26,564 nt of DNA from Acidimicrobiales bacterium (lineage in GTDB: Bacteria > Actinomycetota > Acidimicrobiia > Acidimicrobiales > Acidimicrobilacustridaceae). Below are positions 7,246-14,990 of the stretch, in pieces (the first letter of the stretch is position 1; each line of letters starts with the position of its first letter). Under the pieces are notes generated by a model. The model did not search any database and was not told where the DNA came from. It saw only the letters and a list, made by a program, of their open reading frames with translations. The stretch is taken from the NCBI GenBank assembly GCA_038324235.1, contig JBBQHT010000026.1, forward strand, positions 1 to 26,564. Reading direction: 5' to 3'. The translations under genes were made by a program, and so were the position numbers.

Positions 7246-8442
7246 TCAGCCCGTGAACGTGGGCTGCACGTTGAGCGGCGTGGCCGCAGCCGCCGCAGGC
7301 ATCGTCGTCGATGAGGTTGGCAAGGGGGTTGACGACGACGATGACGATGACGGCGGCAGGGCGGGCGTCACCGTGGTCGTCGTGGCGGGGACGGGGGCCG
7401 CAACCTGCACCTTGGCGATGCGGTCGCCCTTGCCTTCGGTGAACCAGAGGTTGCCATCTGGTCCGGGCGCGATCAGGAGCGGGCCGGCTGCGGGAGAGAT
7501 GCCGGTGGCGAACTCGGTCACGACGCCGGAGGGGGTGATGCGCCCGACGCGATCGCCGTTGAGCTCGGTGAACCAAAGGTTGCCGTCAGCGCCGGGGGCG
7601 ATGCCATCGGGCCCGGCTCCGGGAGAGATGCCGGCGGCGAACTCGGTCACGATGCCGAAGGGGGTGATGCGCCCGACGCGATTGCCGTTGAGCTCGGTGA
7701 ACCAAAGGTTGCCGTCGGCGCCGACGGCGATGGTGGCAGGCACGCTGCCGACGTGGATGCCGGCGGCGAACTCGGTCACGACGCCGGACGGGGTGATGCG
7801 CCCGATCCGACTGCCGAGGTGCTCGGTGAACCAGAGGTTGCCGTCGGGCCCTGCGACAAGGCGAGTCGGACCGCTTCCCGCAGTGATTCCAGCCGCGAAC
7901 TCCGTCACCGTGCCGCTGGGGGTGATGCGCCCCATCCGCTCGCCGGCGGACTCGGTGAACCACAGATTGCCGTCGGGCCCCGCCGCAATCCCGTACGGCG
8001 CACTGCCCGCGGTGATGCCCGTCGAGAACTCGGTCACGGTGCCGGTGGGAGTGATGCGCCCGATCCGGTTGCCCGCGGATTCGGTGAACCACAGGTTGCC
8101 GTCGGGCCCCGCGGCGATGCCGTACGGCGCACTGCCGGCGGTGATCCCGGCCGAGATCTCGGTGATCACGCCGGTGGGAGTGGCGTGACCGATGCGGTTG
8201 CCGACCGCTTCCGCGAACCAGAGGTCGCCGTCGGATCCGGTCACGATCCCATCGGGGAACGCACCGGCGGTGATAGCCATCGAGTATTCGGTGACCGTTC
8301 CATCAGCGGCAGTCGCGGCGCCCACTCTCGGCATGGCCACCAGGGCAACGGGCATCACCAAGACGACGGCCGCCCGTAGCAGGTGAACCCGGCGCAGCCG
8401 CGCCAACCCTGACCACGGCCTGGAGACGGGTCCACGGCTCAC
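7246..8442 (-). CDS. Secreted Vgb-like (streptogramin-lyase-type, COG4257) beta-propeller repeat protein. It carries a Ser/Thr/Pro-rich C-terminal region and ends in ...QPTFTG.
   Basis: The N-terminus has a signal-peptide-like hydrophobic segment (RRVHLLRAAVVLVMPVALVAMPRVGAATAADG). Seven or more roughly 43-aa blades follow the pattern TEF..GIT.GS.P.GIA.GPDGNLWFTE..G.RIGRITP.G.V. The tail is TTTTVTPALPPSSSSSSSTPLPTSSTTMPAAAAATPLNVQPTFTG, then the stop. GAGGTGG lies 6 nt upstream of the GTG at 8442. Confidence 0.7.
   Translation of the reverse strand: MSRGPVSRPWSGLARLRRVHLLRAAVVLVMPVALVAMPRVGAATAADGTVTEYSMAITAGAFPDGIVTGSDGDLWFAEAVGNRIGHATPTGVITEISAGITAGSAPYGIAAGPDGNLWFTESAGNRIGRITPTGTVTEFSTGITAGSAPYGIAAGPDGNLWFTESAGERMGRITPSGTVTEFAAGITAGSGPTRLVAGPDGNLWFTEHLGSRIGRITPSGVVTEFAAGIHVGSVPATIAVGADGNLWFTELNGNRVGRITPFGIVTEFAAGISPGAGPDGIAPGADGNLWFTELNGDRVGRITPSGVVTEFATGISPAAGPLLIAPGPDGNLWFTEGKGDRIAKVQVAAPVPATTTTVTPALPPSSSSSSSTPLPTSSTTMPAAAAATPLNVQPTFTG
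7500..7760. repeat. Near-identical tandem repeat inside the first Vgb-like gene, about 129 bp (one beta-propeller blade, 43 aa).
   Basis: The segment 7500..7590 (GCCGGTGGCGAACTCGGTCACGACGCCGGAGGGGGTGATGCGCCCGACGCGATCGCCGTTGAGCTCGGTGAACCAAAGGTTGCCGTC) recurs at 7629..7719 with only a few mismatches, a period of 129 bp. A more diverged copy follows at about 7758. The protein blades '...ITAGSAPYGIAAGPDGNLWFTESAGNRIGRITPTGTVTEF' appear twice almost verbatim. Confidence 0.55.
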
Positions 8443-8594
8443 CTACCACCACCTCAGGATCCGCTCGTTGTGACCTCGGGTCGAGTCGCGCGTCGCGCAG
8501 GTCTGCGGTGACGAAGATAGCTTCATCGGTCGCCAGGATCATGCCGGGCAACCTGAGGGGTCGATTGGCAACATCGGCCGTCCCGCGAGTGCCG

Positions 8595-9755
8595 TTAGCC
8601 GGTGAACGCTGGTGCCGTCTTCACCGCGACCGCGGGTGCGCTGGGCTGAACGGAAGTCGGGGGCGCCGTCGTCGGGGTCACCGTGACCGGGACCGTGGTC
8701 GTCGGCGCCGCGGTCGTCGTGGTGGTCGGGACCGGGGTGAGGTCGAGGCGGCCGATCCGGTTGGACTCGGTGAACCAGATGGCCCCGTCGGGGCCCGCCA
8801 CGGGTGTGGTCGGTTCGCTGTCCGCGTTCGGGAGCGGGTAGACGGTGAGGGTTCCCGTCACGGTCAGGCGGGCGATGGTGTTGCCCACCTGGGCCACCAC
8901 CCAGAGGTTGCCGTCAGGACCGGTGGTGATGCCCTCGAGCACGTCTCCTGCCGCAGCGACGTCGAACTGGTCGGTCAGCACCCCAGATGTCGTCATGCGC
9001 CCGACGTGTTGGCTGGCGCTGAGCGTGGTCCACAGCGCGCCATCAGGTCCGGTGGTGATGTCGAACGGGCCCGAACCGGCGGTGACCGGGAACTCGATCA
9101 AGGTGGCGAGCGGGTCGGGGGTGGCCGGGGCGAAGCGGCCGATGTGGTCGGAGTCCTGTTCGGTGAACCACAGCAGGCCGTCGGGGCCCGCGGTGATGTC
9201 GGTGGGGAAGTTGTCCGCGGTCGGCAGCGGGTACTCGGTGATCGATGCGCCCGGATCGGCGGCCGCGGGATCGATGCGGCCGATCTGGTTGCCGGTGGAC
9301 TCGACGAACCAGAGCGCGCCGTCCGACGCGCTGGTGATGCCGAGCGGGTAGCCGTCCGGGGACGGGATGTCGAACAGGTCGATGGCGCCGGCGGGGGTGG
9401 CCCGGCCGATCTTGTCGCCGAAGGCGTCGTAGGTGAACCAGAGGTTCCCGTCCGCGCCGACCGTGATGCTGTGCGGCTGGCCGCTGCCGGTGATGGGGAA
9501 GGTCGACACCGCGCCCGCGGTGGTGATGCGGCCGATGCGGTTGGCACCCAGCTCCGTGAACCACATGGCCCCGTCCGGACCGACGACGATGTCCGATGCC
9601 CGCACGTCGCCGACGCCGAGGTCGTACTCGGTGATGGCCCCGAAGGCGCCGACCGGCGCCACGGTGGCGCCCGCGATGACGAGGATCGCAGTCAGCGCCG
9701 CCGTCGACACCGCCACTGCTCGTCGGCGAACTGTGCGGGTCTGGTGGTGGCGCAT
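8595..9755 (-). CDS. Second secreted Vgb-like beta-propeller repeat protein, a paralog of 7246..8442. It has a Thr/Pro-rich C-terminal region ending in ...TAPAFTG.
   Basis: The probable start is MRHHQTRTVRRRAVAVSTAALTAILVIAGATVAPVGAFG, a signal peptide, at the ATG at 9755. A GGGAG lies 4 nt upstream. Repeats follow the pattern ITEY.LP....P..IT.GPDG.LWFTE....IGR. The tail is TTTTAAPTTTVPVTVTPTTAPPTSVQPSAPAVAVKTAPAFTG, then the stop. Confidence 0.7.
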   Translation of the reverse strand: MRHHQTRTVRRRAVAVSTAALTAILVIAGATVAPVGAFGAITEYDLGVGDVRASDIVVGPDGAMWFTELGANRIGRITTAGAVSTFPITGSGQPHSITVGADGNLWFTYDAFGDKIGRATPAGAIDLFDIPSPDGYPLGITSASDGALWFVESTGNQIGRIDPAAADPGASITEYPLPTADNFPTDITAGPDGLLWFTEQDSDHIGRFAPATPDPLATLIEFPVTAGSGPFDITTGPDGALWTTLSASQHVGRMTTSGVLTDQFDVAAAGDVLEGITTGPDGNLWVVAQVGNTIARLTVTGTLTVYPLPNADSEPTTPVAGPDGAIWFTESNRIGRLDLTPVPTTTTTAAPTTTVPVTVTPTTAPPTSVQPSAPAVAVKTAPAFTG

Positions 9756-9820
9756 GGGACTCCCGGACATCGATGGAGTGTCAGCCTGCGCCCCGTCGAC
9801 CAAAGCTGCATGAGTAAGAC

Positions 9821-11347
9821 CTACTCATTTTTGGAGACCACTGGTTCGCGCGCGTCAGGTGCTCGGCCCGAGCCGCCCTGCGCGGGGGCGCCGAACCAGC
9901 GCTCGATCGCTCGAGGCAACGTCGCATCGGCGATGTCGCCGACCCAGGCGACGTGCCCGTCTGGTCGGATGAGGACGGCAGGCGGTGCGGTGATCTCGCC
10001 GACGACGGGGAGCTCCCAGACGCCGACGTAACTCGCGTCCACGAACCGGACTCGACCGGCCCACGGCGTGACGTCGAACCCGTCGGACCCCGAGAGGTCG
10101 AGGAGCACCGGGCGGGCGTCGTGCAGGAAGGCGAACATGCGCGTCGGACCGTCGGCTGTCCGCAGGTCGAGATCGGGCATGCGCCGGCCGAGCAGGGGAT
10201 GGTGTCCATCCGCCTCGTAGCAGATGTCGAGCCCGGAAATCGTCCCGGCGATGCACCGCCGGGGCCCGTCCATGGCCAGCAGCTCGGTCACGGTCGCATG
10301 CAGCGCGCGATGGCGGTCGTCGGGAGTGATGAGCGCGGTCTGCGCCATGGTGTTCTCCTGCACGCGGGCGCCCACCGGATGCCGCTCGGCGTGGTAGGTG
10401 TCGAGCAGGCTCTCGGGCGAGGCGCCGTCGACGACCTGGGCCAACTTCCATCCCAGGTTCACCGCGTCCTGCACCCCGACGTTGAGCCCTTGACCACCGA
10501 GGGGGGCGTGAACGTGCGCCGAGTCGCCCGCCAGCAGCACCCGGCCGCGGCGGTACGACTCGGCCTGACGCGTCGTGTCGTTGAACCGCGAGATCCAGGC
10601 GGGACTGTGGGCACCGAAGTCCGATCCGTACGCCGCGACGAGCGCGGCACAGAGGTCCGCCATCGTGGGTTCGGTGGGGTGATCGATCTGCCGTTCCTTC
10701 ACCACGACCCCGTACGGGCCTCCGCCGCCGGGGTTGACGGGACCGATGCCACCGCCCTCGGGCCGGATCCCGAGGGGCGGGTCCTCGGTCATCGCGACCT
10801 CGGCGATCACGAAGCTGCTTGATGGGTCGGTTCCCGGGAAGTCGATGCCCGCGGTCTTGCGGATCAGGCTGCGCCCGCCGTCGCAGCCGACGAGGTACCG
10901 CGCTCGCAGCACCGAGTCGTCGGACAACATGACGTCGACACCGCCATCGTCCTCGATGAAGCCCACCACCTCGCACGCGCGGATGGTCGGGACCCCGAGC
11001 TCTTCGATCCACGCGGCCAGGATGCACTCGAACTCGCGCTGGGAGAGCGCGAGCAGGTAGTTGTGGCGGGTCGGGAAGTCACTGATGTCCAGCGGGATGT
11101 ACGCGTAGCCCACACCGGGGTACGGCTGTCCCTCGGCGAGGAACCGCTCGGCCACCCCCCGCTGGTCGAGCACCTCGATGGTGCGCGAGTGCAGGCCACG
11201 AGAGCGTGGGCTGTCCAGCTCCTGGGTGGCGCGCCGTTCGACGATCACGACGTCCACTCCGGCCAACGCCAGCTCGGCCGCCAACATCATCCCGGTCGGC
11301 CCCCCTCCGGCGATGACCACGGCGGGCTGGATCAGCGGCGCATCCAT
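9821..11347 (-). CDS. Class A FAD-dependent monooxygenase (PHBH-fold aromatic hydroxylase, Rox/RdmE/PgaE-like) with a C-terminal thioredoxin-like domain.
   Basis: Three hallmark motifs are present: the GxGxxG Rossmann (VVIAGGGPTGMMLAAELALAGVDVVIVER), the DG motif (RYLVGCDGGRSLIRK), and the GD/FAD motif (RVLLAGDSAHVHAPLGGQGLNVGVQDAVNLGWKLA). It also carries LLDTYHAERHPV and a C-terminal ...LIRPDGHVAWVGD...LPRAIERWFG that is typical of rifampin-monooxygenase-like enzymes as I recall them. GAGGAG lies 7 nt upstream of the ATG at 11347. Confidence 0.8.
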   Translation of the reverse strand: MDAPLIQPAVVIAGGGPTGMMLAAELALAGVDVVIVERRATQELDSPRSRGLHSRTIEVLDQRGVAERFLAEGQPYPGVGYAYIPLDISDFPTRHNYLLALSQREFECILAAWIEELGVPTIRACEVVGFIEDDGGVDVMLSDDSVLRARYLVGCDGGRSLIRKTAGIDFPGTDPSSSFVIAEVAMTEDPPLGIRPEGGGIGPVNPGGGGPYGVVVKERQIDHPTEPTMADLCAALVAAYGSDFGAHSPAWISRFNDTTRQAESYRRGRVLLAGDSAHVHAPLGGQGLNVGVQDAVNLGWKLAQVVDGASPESLLDTYHAERHPVGARVQENTMAQTALITPDDRHRALHATVTELLAMDGPRRCIAGTISGLDICYEADGHHPLLGRRMPDLDLRTADGPTRMFAFLHDARPVLLDLSGSDGFDVTPWAGRVRFVDASYVGVWELPVVGEITAPPAVLIRPDGHVAWVGDIADATLPRAIERWFGAPAQGGSGRAPDAREPVVSKNE

Positions 11348-11579
11348 GCGACAACTCCTCGGCTCGTGTCCCGGGCCGGGATCGGCGCGGCAAACGAGTC
11401 ATCATCAGCACGGTCCGCTCGTTTGCGGCAAGCCCCCTCCCCCACGTTACGATTCGTACGGCGGCGGGGGGCCGAGGGGCCGACGGGCCCAGGACGATGG
11501 GCGCGCAGGAGCGCCAGCGGAGCCCGCGGCAGCTCACCGTGGGCCGCGCCGAACGCCCGGCTGTCGCTCCCTCAGCTCA

Positions 11580-11933
11580 TCAGCCCTGGCCCAACCGACC
11601 GAGGTGGTTGTCAATCACCGAGGTGTCCCGGATGACCGAGGTGCCGCTGACGGCGATCACGCCGCCAAAGATCACGGACGTGCCCGAGGTGCCGATCGTT
11701 TGTGCGTAGGTCGCTTTCACCGGCCCGTTCTTGCCGACCTGGGCGAAGCCTTCGACTTCGGAGCCGGCGAGGGCCTCTTCGATCTCAGCCACGGTGTCGG
11801 GACGCAGTCCGGCGTCGATCAGCGTGTTGTGCGGGTCGGCGATCAGCGCATCGCGTAGTCCTGGTTCCGCTTCGAGTCGGGCGATGAGGGCATCGGCGTC
11901 GGCTTGGGCTTCGGCTTCGGTGTACACGGTCAT
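11580..11933 (-). CDS. Small protein (117 aa) with an NHLP/Nif11-like leader domain and a Cys-free, Ser/Thr/Gly/Val/Ile-rich repetitive C-terminal region. It is a candidate RiPP precursor peptide.
   Basis: AGGAGG lies 5 nt upstream of the ATG at 11933. The N-terminal half reads EAQADADALIARLEAEPGLRDALIADPHNTLIDAGLRPDTVAEIEEAL. This resembles NHLP/Nif11 leader consensus as I remember it (..LIAKaw.Dp.f...LLaDPkaaLaeaGi.lPegv...). The C-terminal half reads ...ATYAQTIGTSGTSVIFGGVIAVSGTSVIRDTSVIDNHLGRLGQG, with three TSVI motifs (two of them GTSVI), an internal GG, no Cys, and two Arg. The DNA carries the matching direct repeats (ACCGAGGTG three to four times at 11597..11690 on the + strand). It is divergently oriented to the tridomain synthetase 113 bp away. 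Confidence 0.5.
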   Translation of the reverse strand: MTVYTEAEAQADADALIARLEAEPGLRDALIADPHNTLIDAGLRPDTVAEIEEALAGSEVEGFAQVGKNGPVKATYAQTIGTSGTSVIFGGVIAVSGTSVIRDTSVIDNHLGRLGQG

Positions 11934-12046
11934 GGTTTCCTCCTGTCGCGTGTCCGTCCCGACGATCGGGTGCGCCGGGGGTTACACCGCTTCGACAGTT
12001 CTCCGGCGCGGCCGCCGGCGGCGGCGGCGTTGGGTACGTTGTCCAC

Positions 12047-14983
12047 GTGGCACCAGCGACTGATCGATCTGAGGGCGAGACCAGCGAGGAAGACAAAGTG
12101 CGAGCCCGGGTTCGCGCTCGCTGTGATCGCGACGGTGACCGGCAGTGGGCGGTGCACGTCGATCCGTCGGACACCTGGGTCCACGCCCAACCGCTGGACA
12201 CGCGTCTACCGACGCAGGGGTGGAAGCTGCACATGTCAGCGGGGCTGTCGTCGGCCGACGAGGTGCTCCGCAAGGCGCTCGACGTGCTGGTGGACGCGGG
12301 GGTGAGCTTCAAGGTCGCCCGCTCGCGAGCTGTGCTCGACGCCTTGAACTGGGGCTTCGCCGGAGGCAGCCAGATCGGCAAGTTCATGACCGTCTATCCC
12401 GTGGACGACGCGCAGGCGGTGAAGGTCGCCGCGGCGCTGCACGAGGCCACCATCGGCGAACGGGGTCCGCGCATCCCTTCGGACCGGCCCCTCGTTGCCG
12501 GATCGGTCGTGCACTACCGCTACGGATCCTTCGCCACGCGCTACCTGCGTCTCGCGACGGGCGAGGTGGTGCCCGCGATAGAGGACCCCGACGGCGCGCT
12601 GGTCCCCGACGAGCGGCGGATCGCACCACCGAGCTGGGTGGATGACCCGTTCATCCGCGCCGGCGCAGGGGCCCGCGCGCCCGCCGACCCCCAACGATCC
12701 GCGATCGGCGGCCGCTTCGTGTTGACCGGCACGATGCTCCAGACCGCCCGCGGGTCGGTGTTCCTCGCCGTCGACCTCGACGGCCCCCGCCGCTGCATCG
12801 TGAAGCACGCCCGCCGCGACTCGCTGCTCAACGCGCGCGGAGCCGACGCGCGCGACCGGCTGCGAGCGGAAGCCGCGACCCTCGAGCGCCTCGGCGCGGA
12901 TGGTCCCTGGCCGCAACTGCTGGCGCTCGTGGACGACGGCGACGACGTCTACCTCGCGGAGGACGAGGTCCGCGGCACCACGCTGGCGCAGCTCATCACG
13001 ACCCGCATCGCCGCCGGTCGCCACCTCGACCCTGCGGTGATCGTGCGCTGGGGCGTGGCCATCGCCGAAGCACTCGATCGGATCCACGGCCGCGGCCTGA
13101 TCGTCCGCGACCTGAAGGCGGCGAACATCATGGTGGCGCCCGCCTCCCCTGCTGACGACGTCGAAGACTCGGACCGGGCGGAGCAGCCCGGCGGCCCGGA
13201 CCGCACGGACCGCACGGACGGCGAGCGCGAGGTGTGGCTGATCGATCTGGAGTGTGCCGACGCCGGCGCGTCCACGGCCGACGGCACGCTCGGTACCCGC
13301 GGCAGCTGCTCACCTGCGCAACGTCGGGGCGACGCGCCCACGATCGCGGACGACATCTTCTCGCTGGGCGCGCTGCTCTGGTTCATGGCCACCGGCGCAG
13401 ACCCGGCCGCGGCGCCCGACGCCACCGCGCTCGGCGATCGTCAGCTCGGGTGGCTTCGCCCGGAGCTCGGTGAACCGTTGGTCCAGGTGATCACCACGTG
13501 CCTCGCCGACGATCCGCACCACCGGTACCGGGACACAACCGAGGTGGCACGGGCACTGGCCACGACACGCGATCTCGCCGAGCGCCCCTCAGCCCTCCCG
13601 ACCTCGACCGCGCCATCGGCGCCGCGGGTGGGGACAGCCGCGCCCACCAGCCCGACCTCACGAGTCGGCGAGCGCGACCCCGACCTCCACGCTCACCGCG
13701 CGACGGCCGACGCGCCGTCGACGGCGGTGTGGGCGCGCGCCGCCCGGGACATCGGTGCGGTGCTCGTGGAACGGGCCGACCGCCGCGGCGATGATCGGGT
13801 GTCCTGGCAACCGGCATCCGGCGCGCCGCTCACCGATCTCGCCGGTGGCGACGCGGGGGTGGTGCTCGCCCTGAGCGCGTTGGCTCGTGTGTTCCCCGAC
13901 GCCGTCCCCGGTCTCGACGAGGTCATCCACGCGGGCGCTCGCGGACTGCTGCGCGCCCCCGGCTACGGCGGCGACCCCTCCCCTGCGCTCTTCAGTGGCG
14001 AGAACGGGGTCGCGCTCGCGATCCTCGCCGCCGGCACCGTCCTCGCCGAGGCCTCGCTCATCGACGCGGCCGCGGCCTGCGCCGAGACCGCGCGACGGCG
14101 TGCTCACGGTGGCTTCGATCTGCTCGACGGATCTGCCGGTCGCGCGCGCTCGATGCTGTGGTGGCACCAGGCGACGGGTGATCCACGGTGGCTCGACGGG
14201 GCCTGCGTCGCCGGCGAGCACCTCGTCGCGCACGCCCGACCGATGACCCTGGAGGGCGGTCGCGGGTCGGGCCGGTACTGGACGGCCGGTCCGCCCGATC
14301 GCCAGGTCGAGCCCCGCCTGCAGCCGGGGTACGCCGGCGGCGCGGCCGGCATCGCCGACTGCCTGCTGCAGCTCTACGCCGCGACCGGCGACCAGATCTT
14401 CTGCGCGACGGCGTGCGCGGCGCTTCGCGCGGTCGTGGCGGCGGCGGTGCCGGCCCTCGACGGTGATCACGGCATCACCTGGCCCATCGCGGCCGGCGAG
14501 CCAGAGGTGCGGATCGCATGGTGCCACGGCACGACGGGCGTGGCCACGACGCTGCTGCGCGTGCGCGAGCTCGGCCTCGAGACGGGCGCCGCGACCGAGC
14601 TCGATCTGGCCGCCCTTCTGCCCGATGCCATCGATCCCGCGATCGGCCGCGACCTCGACGGGCTGATCACCGCGGCGGCGACCACAGTCGCCGCGGGCAC
14701 GCGGGCCGCGAGCTCCAGCCAGCGCGACGGACTCGCCGGGTCGCTGGAGCTGCTGGTGGACCTGTCGGGCTCCTACCACACCGCCGCCGACCGCGTCGCG
14801 CCGGCGGTCGCCGATCTCGCCGACCTCCTGCTGGCGTTCGTACCGAGCCCCGATCATCCCGATCGGATCGCGCCGGCCTCCGGCTACCTCGACGGGCTGA
14901 GCGGGGTGCTCGCCGTCGCCCTCCGCCTCGCCGCGCCGGCGACGCCGGGTCTGCTGGGGCCGCAGTGGTGGTTCGCCAGCTGA
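12047..14983 (+). CDS. Tridomain class III/IV lanthipeptide-synthetase-like enzyme (LanKC/LanL-type). It has an N-terminal pSer/pThr-lyase-like domain, a central Ser/Thr protein kinase domain, and a C-terminal LanC-like domain.
   Basis: The N-terminus has QGWKLHMSAG...GKFMTVYP, the lyase-domain signature seen in RamC, LabKC and VenL-type enzymes as I recall. The kinase block includes the VAIK-like RCIVKHARRD, the catalytic loop LIVRDLKAANIMV, LIDLECAD, and DIFSLGALLW. The C-terminal LanC-like block has LFSGENGVALAIL, GFDLLDGSAGRARSMLWWHQ, GYAGGAAGIADCLLQLY and IAWCHGTTGVATTLL. The canonical zinc-ligand triad (Cys...Cys-His-Gly) is only partly present: there is no second CHG motif and the GxAHG His is replaced. 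The GTG at 12047 is the first in-frame start. An alternative GTG at 12098 is preceded by GAGGAAG 5 nt upstream. Confidence 0.7.
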   Translation: MAPATDRSEGETSEEDKVRARVRARCDRDGDRQWAVHVDPSDTWVHAQPLDTRLPTQGWKLHMSAGLSSADEVLRKALDVLVDAGVSFKVARSRAVLDALNWGFAGGSQIGKFMTVYPVDDAQAVKVAAALHEATIGERGPRIPSDRPLVAGSVVHYRYGSFATRYLRLATGEVVPAIEDPDGALVPDERRIAPPSWVDDPFIRAGAGARAPADPQRSAIGGRFVLTGTMLQTARGSVFLAVDLDGPRRCIVKHARRDSLLNARGADARDRLRAEAATLERLGADGPWPQLLALVDDGDDVYLAEDEVRGTTLAQLITTRIAAGRHLDPAVIVRWGVAIAEALDRIHGRGLIVRDLKAANIMVAPASPADDVEDSDRAEQPGGPDRTDRTDGEREVWLIDLECADAGASTADGTLGTRGSCSPAQRRGDAPTIADDIFSLGALLWFMATGADPAAAPDATALGDRQLGWLRPELGEPLVQVITTCLADDPHHRYRDTTEVARALATTRDLAERPSALPTSTAPSAPRVGTAAPTSPTSRVGERDPDLHAHRATADAPSTAVWARAARDIGAVLVERADRRGDDRVSWQPASGAPLTDLAGGDAGVVLALSALARVFPDAVPGLDEVIHAGARGLLRAPGYGGDPSPALFSGENGVALAILAAGTVLAEASLIDAAAACAETARRRAHGGFDLLDGSAGRARSMLWWHQATGDPRWLDGACVAGEHLVAHARPMTLEGGRGSGRYWTAGPPDRQVEPRLQPGYAGGAAGIADCLLQLYAATGDQIFCATACAALRAVVAAAVPALDGDHGITWPIAAGEPEVRIAWCHGTTGVATTLLRVRELGLETGAATELDLAALLPDAIDPAIGRDLDGLITAAATTVAAGTRAASSSQRDGLAGSLELLVDLSGSYHTAADRVAPAVADLADLLLAFVPSPDHPDRIAPASGYLDGLSGVLAVALRLAAPATPGLLGPQWWFAS

Positions 14984-14990
14984 GAAAGAA

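Noticed and set aside
12047-14983. Alternative reading of the tridomain enzyme as an ordinary eukaryotic-like Ser/Thr kinase with a LanC-like C-terminus unrelated to RiPPs.
   Set aside because: The N-terminal QGWKLH.S / GKF..YP lyase-type block, and the adjacent leader-peptide-like small gene and RRE-containing enzyme, favour a RiPP synthetase. I kept the alternative in the refutation criteria.
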